Assembly: GCA_964016885.1 (NCBI GenBank)
Contig: OZ024760.1
Coordinates: 28,272,001 to 28,336,000 of the forward strand
Reading direction: 5' to 3'
From: Eledone cirrhosa
Taxonomy: Eukaryota
Length of the DNA: 64,000 nt
The notes beneath the pieces were generated by a model, which saw only the letters and a program-made list of their open reading frames with translations, was not told the DNA's origin and ran no database searches. Made by a program: the position numbers and the translations under genes. This document shows positions 44,444 through 54,411 of this stretch, piece by piece. The stretch's first letter is position 1. Each line of letters opens with the position of its first letter.

Positions 44444-44575
44444 AGGCTAATGACTTGAAAACGTTTAGTCAATCATATCAAACCAATCCAATAGTTCTTT
44501 TTCAAGTCTTATATATATTTTTATCAATCTCTATTTGCCAAACTACTAAGTTACAGGAAGTTAACATACGCACAA
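44400..44575 (-). mobile_element. Decayed octopus-type SINE remnant contiguous with the last satellite monomer
   Basis: GCCATGCTGAGGC..TTGAAAACGTTTAGTCAA..TATCAATCTCTATTTGCCAAACTACTAAGTTACAGGAAG aligns by eye to the reverse strand of a very common octopus SINE 3' part (GCCATGCTGGGGCACCGCCTTGAAG..TTTAGTCGA..CTATCGGTCTCTTTTGCCGAACCGCTAAGTTACGGGGAC). The consensus is recalled, not searched. Confidence 0.55.
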
Positions 44576-44605
44576 ACTTCTAATGAAGCACCTACTTATT
44601 TTGTT

Positions 44606-44610
<5 letters not shown>

Positions 44611-44670
<60 letters not shown>
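44611..44670. repeat. (TA)n microsatellite
   Basis: Pure TA run. Confidence 0.95.
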
Positions 44671-44678
<8 letters not shown>

Positions 44679-44708
44679 AGATCAAAAGATGGTTAAAAGA
44701 TTTCCATG

Positions 44709-44779
44709 TATTTTATTATGCGCATTTCAAAAACAAATATCATCATGCAATAACATTTGTGTTTTCATCAGATAAAATA
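44709..44779 (-). ncRNA. Type I hammerhead ribozyme motif, minimal palindromic stem III (Penelope-type)
   Basis: Minus strand: TATTTTAT (stem I) CTGATGA AAACACAAATGTTATT-GCAT-GATGATATTTGTTTTT (stem II) GAA ATG-CG-CAT (stem III) A| ATAAAATA (stem I). Cleavage AUA between 44717 and 44716. Confidence 0.72.
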
Positions 44780-44898
44780 GGAGGACATGATATGAAGGTT
44801 AAAAAACACTTGTGGATAGTGCAGTTTTAAATCAACATATCTGTTATTATCTGCATATAATTCATTGCTTTATTGTACTACAATAAAACTCACCTCCT

Positions 44899-44916
44899 AC
44901 ATATATATATATATAT

Positions 44917-44979
<63 letters not shown>

Positions 44980-44986
44980 TATATAT

Positions 44987-45077
<91 letters not shown>

Positions 45078-45132
45078 TATACATATATATACATATATAT
45101 ATATACATATATATATATACATATATATATAC

Positions 45133-45205
<73 letters not shown>

Positions 45206-45212
45206 TATCTAT

Positions 45213-45259
<47 letters not shown>
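44899..45259. repeat. (TA)n/(TACA)n microsatellite
   Basis: About 360 bp of TA with CA interruptions; source of the YIYI ORFs. Confidence 0.95.
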
Positions 45260-45260
<1 letters not shown>

Positions 45261-45390
45261 CAGTCGATGCGACCAGATTTCAACACACAACAACAACAAC
45301 AACAACAACTACAACAACAACAGCAACTGCAACAACAACAACAACAACACTATTGTCTGTGTTGAATGTGAGTGCATGTATGTGTATATA

Positions 45391-45431
<41 letters not shown>

Positions 45432-46384
45432 CACACACGAGAAGCGACCAAATTTCAAAATTTCAACCCAACGACTACAACAACAGCAACAATACCATTG
45501 TCTGCAGCAGCAGCATCAATAAAATGAACAACAACAACAACCACTGCCACCACCATCACTGACACCATCCACCACCACCATCACCATCACTGACACCATG
45601 CACCACCACCACCACCACCATCACTGACACCATCCACCACCACCACCACCATCACCATCACTGACACCATCCACCACCACCACCATCACTGACACCATCC
45701 ACCACCACCATCACCATCACCTACACCATCCACCACCACCACCATCACTGACACCATCCACCACCACCACCATCACCACCACTGACATCATCCACCACCA
45801 CCACCATCACTGACACCATTCACCACCACCACCATCACCATCACTGACACCATCCACCACCACCACCACGACCATCACCATCACCAGCGAGCAGGCCTTA
45901 AGAAGAAGGAAACAACTATAATACTAAATAACTATTCTGTCCTTGGCATGGGGCAGCGATTGTCCCAGCGCATTGCTGGTGCCTTGTTTTGGGCCCGGAG
46001 CATGGAGGGCCGTTGCTCTATGCTGTAAAGCAAAGAATTATTATTATTATATAAAAACTGAACTGTAAAAGTCAACAGTTGACATGATCTTGTATCAGTA
46101 CTGACGGTAATGTATGTATGTGTGTGTGTTTGTATGCATGAGTGTTGGTGTGTGAGTGAGTGTGCGTGTGTGCCGTGAGTGTCAATAAGTGGTGTTTTTT
46201 TTTTGTTATGACCATGCTGTAAAATGAAGGGGTAGAGAGAGCTCATGAGTCCAGTAAGACATCCTCTCTAGTGCTGGTGGCACAAGTAAAAGCACCCAGT
46301 CCATGCTGTAAAGTGGCACTGGTGTTAGGAAGGGCATCCAGCCAGTGTATCAATGCCAAAACGATTATGAGCACAACAACAAAT

Positions 46385-46385
<1 letters not shown>
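45258..46385 (+). repeat. Copy A of a locally duplicated composite block (copy B at ~53850-54411)
   Basis: Shared segments in the same order: CAGTCGATGCGACCAGATTTCAACAC, ACCATTGTCTGCAGCAGC, ACTGACACCATCCACC, CATGATCTTGTA..GTCCAGTAAGACATCCTCTCTAGTGCTGG..TTATGAGCACA.CAACAAATA. Confidence 0.85.
45540..45885. repeat. CAC-rich minisatellite (ACTGACACCATC(CAC)n units)
   Basis: About 10 units of variable length; only 2 units in paralogous copy B (54060-54123). Confidence 0.9.
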
Positions 46386-46600
<215 letters not shown>

Positions 46601-46601
<1 letters not shown>

Positions 46602-46783
46602 TTCTCAGACCGGGTGATGTGTTGTTTCCTTGAGCAAGGCACTTTATTTCACATTGCTCCAGTTTACTCAGCTGTAGAAATGAGATGATAGGACTGGGGT
46701 CCCTATCATTAAATCACCCAAGACACCTCCAACGAGATATACCTTGGGGGAGGCCAGCTATACCTACGAAGGTGGGAGCTGTG
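46601..46783 (+). mobile_element. 5'-truncated tRNA-derived SINE (CORE-like family A)
   Basis: Colinear with the full copy at 61381-61621 from the B-box end onward (GTGTTGTTTCCTTGAGCAAGGCACTTT ... GGAGGCCAGCTA..GGTGGGAGCT). Confidence 0.85.
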
Positions 46784-47172
46784 ACACACACAAAATTGTG
46801 AGGGAGAGAAGGAGTAAGGGAATTATTTGAAACTGGAGACCTGAATCAAATCCTTGTATATATCCTGCAATTTGGCCATTCAACAAACAGAGATTGATAA
46901 AACAATTGGACTTGTTTAAGAACCCCACCCAATACCACATGGTCCAGGTGGTTCTGTTAAACAAAGTGACAGATCACATAGGTGAAAAACAAAAACACAT
47001 TCCGACACCCAGGGAAACACCAATACATCTGGTACCCCACTTAACTATGTATGGAAAACAGATAAACAGAACAATAGAAGGTTGTTCATCTTACATTAGT
47101 TTCAATGTTTCACCTCAATAAACAACATAAAGTAACAACAACCAATATGTACTAGATATCTCTCCCTCTCTC

Positions 47173-47203
<31 letters not shown>

Positions 47204-47573
47204 GTTATACTTGGGGAGGGTCATATTTGTGTAATAATATTGCCAGAATTAATAACAGAACACACTCACTGTTTGGTTGGTTTTCGCTTCTGTGTCTTTT
47301 ATATCGGCTAATTTAATTTATTTGGTCCTCAATGTTACCATTGACTGACCAACGGTCAAAAATACAGATACAATATAGACACAAACACATATATATAGTC
47401 TAACAAAGTTCTTTCGTTGCACATCTGCAACATCGTCAGTGGTGCTATTATGTTTCCTCCCGTTGCATTGTATGCTTACGCCATCTTTATTTAGTCTGTT
47501 TATTTATTTATTTGTTTATTTCTGTTATTAATTCTGGCAATATTACACAAATATGACCCTCTCCAAGTATAAC
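47204..47573. mobile_element. Element with ~55-bp inverted termini and an internal hammerhead motif (probable Penelope-like inverted pLTR remnant; MITE is the alternative)
   Basis: 47204-47260 is the reverse complement of 47520-47573 (one substitution, one 3-bp indel). Related copies at 51817-52250 and 52812-52887. Confidence 0.65.
47402..47445 (-). ncRNA. Degenerate type I hammerhead motif with an extra U after A9
   Basis: Minus strand: GCACCA CTGACGA T GTTGCA-GATG-TGCAAC GAA AG-AA-CT T TG. Stem II is perfect; stem I keeps only 2 bp. Confidence 0.5.
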
Positions 47574-47658
47574 AATATTTGTTTCGACACACGATTTCAT
47601 ATAAAAAACCTCGCTAAACTAATTCATCGCCGTTATATCTATATATATATATATAACA

Positions 47659-47839
47659 GTGGATTGCCAGTATCGGTAGAGGGTCGGACGCCATGCTTTC
47701 CAGCATAGTTACGTCCCTTTATGATCTGAGTTCAAATCCCGCCGAGGTTGACTTTGCCTTTCATCCTTACAGGGTCGATAAAATAAAGTACCAGTAATGC
47801 ACTGGGTAATTGCTGGCCTTGTGCCTAAAGTAGAAACAG

Positions 47840-47841
<2 letters not shown>
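47659..47841 (+). mobile_element. tRNA-derived SINE family B
   Basis: B box GAGTTCAAATCCC, central GACTTTGCCTTTCATCCTTACAGGGTCGATAAAATAAAGTACCAG; near-identical minus copy at 52040-52225; flanked by (TA)n. Confidence 0.85.
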
Positions 47842-47880
<39 letters not shown>

Positions 47881-48021
47881 TACACAGGTGTGTATAGAAG
47901 ATTATATTAATAAAAGGAATTCCAACTTTGTCTGATTTACTCATTTTATTTACAATCCTTTAAAATTATAATGATATTATAATGAAGTAGTATGGTAGAA
48001 TATTAAATGTTAAGTGTTAAT

Positions 48022-48246
48022 TGAATGTATATACAGTGTATTTTGCAATACACTGTATGCTTAATTAAAAGCATTTCGAAGACCTTATGCTATTGTTTTA
48101 GAGTAGTGACAGTCTCACTTTCTTTAAATTTTCAGTAAATTTTAAATCAGTGAGACTGTCACTACACTAAAACAATAGCATAAGGTCTTCGAAATGCTTT
48201 TAATTAAGCATACAGTGTATTGCAAAATACACTATATATACATTCA
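48022..48246. repeat. Long palindrome, 98-bp arms (2 mismatches), 29-bp spacer
   Basis: 48022-48119 is the reverse complement of 48149-48246; each arm also holds a sub-hairpin CAGTGTATT-ttgc-AATACACTG. Confidence 0.95.
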
Positions 48247-48274
48247 TATATATATTGCTATTTCAGAGCACCAA

Positions 48275-48335
<61 letters not shown>

Positions 48336-48467
48336 TATATATATATACATACATATATATATACATAGAATCTTTATAAGCTGGATGTAAGCAAGTACAG
48401 ACAATTCATTTATAACGAATAAAACAAAAACTACAAAAAAACACCTATTAGTACTTTAAATAACATT

Positions 48468-49300
48468 TTGTCCTGTTTGCCATGACACCTACATGACCAC
48501 TTTACAATGTTGGTTGAGTGATTTTTGTTGTGACACCTACATGACCACTTTACAGTGTGGGTTGGGTGATTTTTGTTGTGATACCTACATGACCACTTTA
48601 CAGTGTGGACTGGGTCCTGTTTGTCATGACACCTACATGACCACTTTACAGTGTAGGTTGGGTCCTGTTTGTCATGACACCTACATGACCACTTTACAGT
48701 GTGGGTTGGGTGATTTTTGTTATGACACTTACATGACCACTTGACAGTGTGGACTGGGTGCTTTTTGTCATAACACCTACATGACCACTTTACAGTGTGG
48801 ACTGGGTGCTTTTTGTCATAACACCTACATGACCACTTTACAGTGTGGACTGAGTGCTTTTTGTCATGACACCTAGTTGACCACTTTATAGTGTGGACTG
48901 GGTGCTTTTTTGTTGTGACACCTACATGACCACTTTACAGTGTGGGTTGGGTGATTTTTGTTGTGACATCTACATGACCACTTTACAGTGTGGACTGGGT
49001 CCTGTTTGTCATGACACCTACATAACCACTTTATAGTGTGGGCTGGGTGCTTTTTTGTTGTGACACCTACATGACCACTTTACAGTGTGGGCTGGGTGCT
49101 TTTCATCGTGACACCTACACTACCACTTTATAGTGTGGACTGGATGCTTTTCATTATGACACCTACATAACCACTTTACAGTGTGGACTGGGTCCTTTTT
49201 TTTATCGTGACACCTACATAACCACTTTACAGTGTGGGCTGGGTGCTTTTCATCGTGACACCTACATAACCACTTTACAGTGTGGACTGGGTGTTTTTTG
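48468..49300. repeat. 48-bp minisatellite (~17 copies), SINE-derived
   Basis: Unit GACACCTACATGACCACTTTACAGTGTGGACTGGGTGCTTTTTGTCAT; homologous to the internal repeat of the SINE at 51675-51785 (GGCACCTACACGTCCACTTTACAGTGTGGGCTGGGTGCTTTT). Confidence 0.93.
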
Positions 49301-49799
49301 TTATATATCTATATATACGTGTGTGTGTGAGTGTGTATATATATATATATATATATACACACATGTGTGCATATATGTCTGAGCCTGTGTTTATGCTTCT
49401 ATTTGTGTTTGTGCTGTTTATACCCTGTAAATTAGCAGTTTGATAAAAAGAGATCAATTAAACAAATATCAGATTTGCAAAAAGAAAAAAAAAATCAAAC
49501 ACAGATCAATATGTTTGATTATTTTGACAAATGAAATCAATAAAAAGTATTTTTAAACCTCCAATATTATTTTACATGCATATGAAATAGATATGTGTGT
49601 AATTAGTGTTCAATACCCAGGCCATGATATCAAACACTTGCTAATGTGTACTGTTTAGTGTTCAATACCCAGACCATGTTATCCCTGAGAGAAAACTGCC
49701 AATCAATTCTCACTTTCTCTGCTTTTAACCCTTTTATCACCACATGTCTTACAGATGTCCTTCAATGTACACATCTAATGCAGGTGTTGAATTCCAGGT

Positions 49800-50620
49800 A
49801 TTGAATTAAAATGACCAGGTGATGAAGGTCACAAAAAGAGTTATAGCGCAACTAATCAGAGAGCGAATTGATCTAGATGAAATGCAGTTTGGGTTTGTGC
49901 CAGATAAAAGTACCACAGACGCTTTTTTCTTTGTACGACAACTACAAGAGAAGTACCTAGTTAAAAGTAAACCCCTTTACTTAGCTTTTGTAGATCTGGA
50001 GAAAGCCTTTGACAGAGTCCCCCGCTCCATTATCTGGTGGGCTCTTAGAAAACTAGGTGTAGATGAATGGCTTGTGAGAGCTATACAAGCTATGTATAAT
50101 GAAACAGTCAGTAAGGTTAGAATTAACAATGAATATTGTGAAGAGTTTAGTGTAAAAGTTGATGTTCACTCCCATGGGCAGCCGGTCTTAAACTCCTGTT
50201 ATAACCTGAAGGGCAATAATAAATAGGAAGGGGTTAAGGACAGAGACGTGATGAACATCAACTATTACACTAAATTCTTCACAATATTCATTGTTAATTC
50301 TGACCTTACTGACTGTTTCATTATACATAACTTGTATATACGCAGATGATCTAACTCTCATAGCTGAATCTATGGCTGAACTAGAGAAGAAATCCCAAAC
50401 ATGGAAGCATAGCCTAGAACCAAAAGGTCTTAAAGTTAACCTGTCTAAGACTAAAGGTCGAGTTTGTAGAAAAGGAGTAGGTAGAAATTCCATTTTATGT
50501 CCCAAATGCAAATTATGGGTACATAAAAGATGTAGTGGGGTCACAGGTAAACCATCTAAGAACGTAGATTTTATATGTGGCCGATGCTCAGGTGCAATAA
50601 GTAGCAAGTGCCCACAGGAT
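49800..50620 (+). pseudogene. RTE-clade LINE reverse transcriptase fragment with internal inverted duplication
   Basis: Motifs QFGFVP, LAFVDLEKAFDRVPR, YADD (50338-50349) and Cys/His insert C..C..WVHKRC..C..C; segment 50170-50338 is inverted. Confidence 0.92.
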
Positions 50621-50674
50621 ACTAGCTCCTTCTATAGAAATAGAAGAACAAACCTATATTGGGAAACTGCCTGA

Positions 50675-50753
50675 ACACCCAGACAGCTTTGGTAGCTGTT
50701 TCGCAATTTATTTAGCGAAGGAAATAACCAATTTTCTGCTCTTCAGTGGGTGT
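50675..50753 (-). ncRNA. Type I hammerhead ribozyme, canonical core, GUC cleavage triplet
   Basis: Minus strand: ACACCCA (I) CTGAAGA GCAG...TTGC (II) GAA ACAGCT-ACCAA-AGCTGT (III) C| TGGGTGT (I). 7-bp stem I and 6-bp stem III are perfect, G10.1-C11.1 present; cut between 50682 and 50681. Confidence 0.85.
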
Positions 50754-50954
50754 AACAATTAGTAATCCCTCCACTTCTAAGTATATCAGAAGACTTTTTC
50801 TTGATTTATTACTTTAAATTGAGTCTGGCAAACCATATTGTTATAGTTAGTATTTTTTTCACCCTAGCGAACTTGGTCCCTTACAATTCAACATGTATGT
50901 TTATATTTGTGTTTACATCTCTTGTATATTCAATTATATATATATATTATGTAT

Positions 50955-51288
50955 ATCATCATTTCATTTTACGTCCGCTTTTTCCCTGCTGGCAAGGGTG
51001 GGACGGGAACTGATTTTGGCTTGATTTCTACAGCTGGATGCCCTTCCTAACACCAACCTCATTTACAGTGAGTGCTGGGTGCTTTTTTGCCGTGGCACCT
51101 GCACGACCACTTTGCAGTGGAATGATAGGGACCCCAGTCCCTATCATCTCATTTCTACAGCTGAGTAAACTGGAGCAATGTGAAATAAAGTGTCTTGCTC
51201 AAGGAAACAACACATCACCCGGTCTGGGAATTGAACTCACAACCTTTCGATTGCAAGGCCAATGCTCTAACCACTAAGCCATGTGCCT

Positions 51289-51290
<2 letters not shown>
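50955..51290 (-). mobile_element. Full-length tRNA/CORE-like SINE with RTE-derived 3' tail
   Basis: A box TGGCTTAGTGG, B box GAGTTCAATTC, CCTTGAGCAAGACACTT, GTTAGGAAGGGCATCCAGC, tail AAAAGCGGACGTAAAATGA..(TGA)n; near-identical to 53176-53524 and 57461-57794. Confidence 0.9.
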
Positions 51291-51360
<70 letters not shown>

Positions 51361-51514
51361 ATAATAATGTGAATACTAAAATCCAAAGTGGTCTCGATAA
51401 GGATTATATATATCAAATATATAAGAACTCTAGAGCAAATATTTCTACCTACAGAAGATCCCGTTAAGAGTGAAAGCAACGATTCTTTGCTTAAACTTTA
51501 ATCTGTTATTTTAA

Positions 51515-51790
51515 TCATCATCATCACCGTTTTACGTCTGTTCTTCCACGCTACCATGGGTTAGACGGGTTGTCCTGTTGTGGGCAGTATCTGGTCAGCT
51601 GACCATGCCTTGCTCATACGGGAACTGATTCTGGCTTGATTTCTACAGCTGGATGCCCTTCCTAACACCAACCTCATTTACAGTGTGTGCTGGGTGCTTT
51701 TCTTCCGTGGCACCTACACGTCCACTTTACAGTGTGGGCTGGGTGCTTTTTTTGTTGTGGCACCTCTACGACCACTTTGCAGTGGGAGGG
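51515..51790 (-). mobile_element. RTE-related SINE 3' part with (TGA)n tail
   Basis: Reverse complement of GTTAGGAAGGGCATCCAGCTGTAGAAATC...CCCGTCTAACCCATGGTAGCGTGGAAG..ACGTAAAACGGTGATGATGAT. Confidence 0.8.
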
Positions 51791-51816
51791 TGTGGGAGCA
51801 TATTGTCTATATATAT

Positions 51817-52732
<916 letters not shown>

Positions 52733-52840
52733 GAAAAAATGGAGTTAAAGACTCGTGTTAATTCCCTGTAATTTAATGAGCTCAAGGTATAATTAGCAGC
52801 CTCTTCATAATACAGTACTATTATTATGGGAGGAAACATA

Positions 52841-52886
52841 GTACCACTGATGATGCCATAGGTGTGTGATGAAAGAACTTTGATAA
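52841..52886 (+). ncRNA. Decayed hammerhead motif (same family as 47402-47445)
   Basis: GTACCA CTGATGA T GCCATA-GGTG-TGTGAT GAA AG-AA-CT T TGATA. Core intact; stems eroded by transitions. Confidence 0.4.
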
Positions 52887-53175
52887 TTAATATGTATTTT
52901 CCACTCCTTTCGTAGACTTTGTTTTTCACTCAAGTATTTCTCTATCCCTTGTAATTGAAAACATACCCTTTTGTGTTTTCTTCTCTATATACTGCATTAT
53001 ATATATATATATATATACAATACATATCTACATATATATAGATCGGACAACACACTGTTTTTCGTGGGGGTAAGTTTTTATTAATTTCCGTATTCTGAAA
53101 GATCAAAATACAACACAATTTTTGCTCATTGGACTCTGGGAAAATGTTCTGACAAAAGCTGTGGAAGCTACAGAA

Positions 53176-53524
53176 ATCATCATTCATCATCATCATTTCA
53201 TTTTACGTCCGCTTTTTCCCTGCTTGCAAGGGTGAGACGGGAACTGATTCTGGCTTGATTTCTACAGCTGGATGCCCTTCCTAACACCAACCTCATTTAC
53301 AGTGAGTGCTGGGTGCTTTTTTGCCGTGGCACTTCCACGACCACTTTGCAGTGGAATGATATGGACCCCAGTCCCTATCATCTCATTTCTACAGCTGAGT
53401 AAACTGGAGCAATGTGAAATAAAGTGCCTTGCTCAAGGAAACAACACATCACCCGGTCTGAGAATTGAACTCACAACCTTTCGATTGCAAGGCCAATGCT
53501 CTAACCACTAAGCCATGTGCCTCC
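53176..53524 (-). mobile_element. Full-length tRNA/CORE-like SINE with RTE tail
   Basis: Near-identical to 50955-51290 and 57461-57794. Confidence 0.9.
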
Positions 53525-53849
53525 AGAAATATTCCATATATTTTTCCAGAGCAATCTCTATTTAAATTTTACATTTTACGCTTACTTGTCCCCCATTGCA
53601 AATTGGCCATAAATTCAAATTTTGGAAAGAGAGGAAAAGGGACAAGTGAACTATGAACTTGATACATCTCACTGCCCCCTGCCACCACAATAACGTCTAC
53701 ACTCGCTCCCCACCACCACCACCACATAAGGTGTCTGACCTGTTGACAAACTCCTTTCTCTGTGTTGAATGTGTGTGTATATATGTATATATATATAACG
53801 TCCAGACCCATGCTAGCGTGGAAGATGGATGTTAAACGATGATGATGAT

Positions 53850-54411
53850 CTCAGTCGATGCGACCAGATTTCAACACAGCAACAACAACATATATATATA
53901 TATATATCACTGACCTGTTGCTAAACTCCTTTCTCTGTGTTGAATGTGTGTGTGTACATATCTATATATATATATCAGTTGATGCGACCAGATTTCAACA
54001 CAGCAACAACACCATTGTCTGCAGCAGCAGCAGCAACAACAACGACAACAACAATTGCCATCACCATCACTGACACCATCCACCACCATCACTGAAACCA
54101 TCCACCACCACCACCATCACCATCATGATCTTGTATTAGTACTGACGGTAATGTATGTATGTGTGTGTTTGTATGCATGAGTGTTGGTGTGTGTGCCGTA
54201 AGTGTCAATAAGTAGTGTTTTTTTTTTGTTATGACCATGCTGTAAAATGAAGGGGTAGAGAGGGCCCATGAGTCCAGTAAGACATCCTCTCTAGTGCTGG
54301 TGGCACGAATAAAAGCACTCAGTCCATGCTGTAAAGTGGCACTGGTGTTAGGAAGGGCATCCAACCAGTGTATCAATGCCAAAACAATTATGAGCACAGC
54401 AACAAATATAT
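53850..54411 (+). repeat. Copy B of the duplicated composite block
   Basis: See 45258-46385; lacks the ~200-bp segment 45885-46082 and has short microsatellites. Confidence 0.85.

Noticed and set aside
48180-48235. Hammerhead-like half in the palindrome (GGTCTTC GAA ATGCTT-loop-AAGCAT A, then a hairpin)
   Set aside because: The CUGANGA box is absent on both strands, so it cannot be called a ribozyme; at most a relic.
51445-51495. CAGAAGA...GAAAGCAA-loop-TTGCTT hammerhead-like string
   Set aside because: Core U4 is mutated, stem II pairs poorly and there is no stem I.
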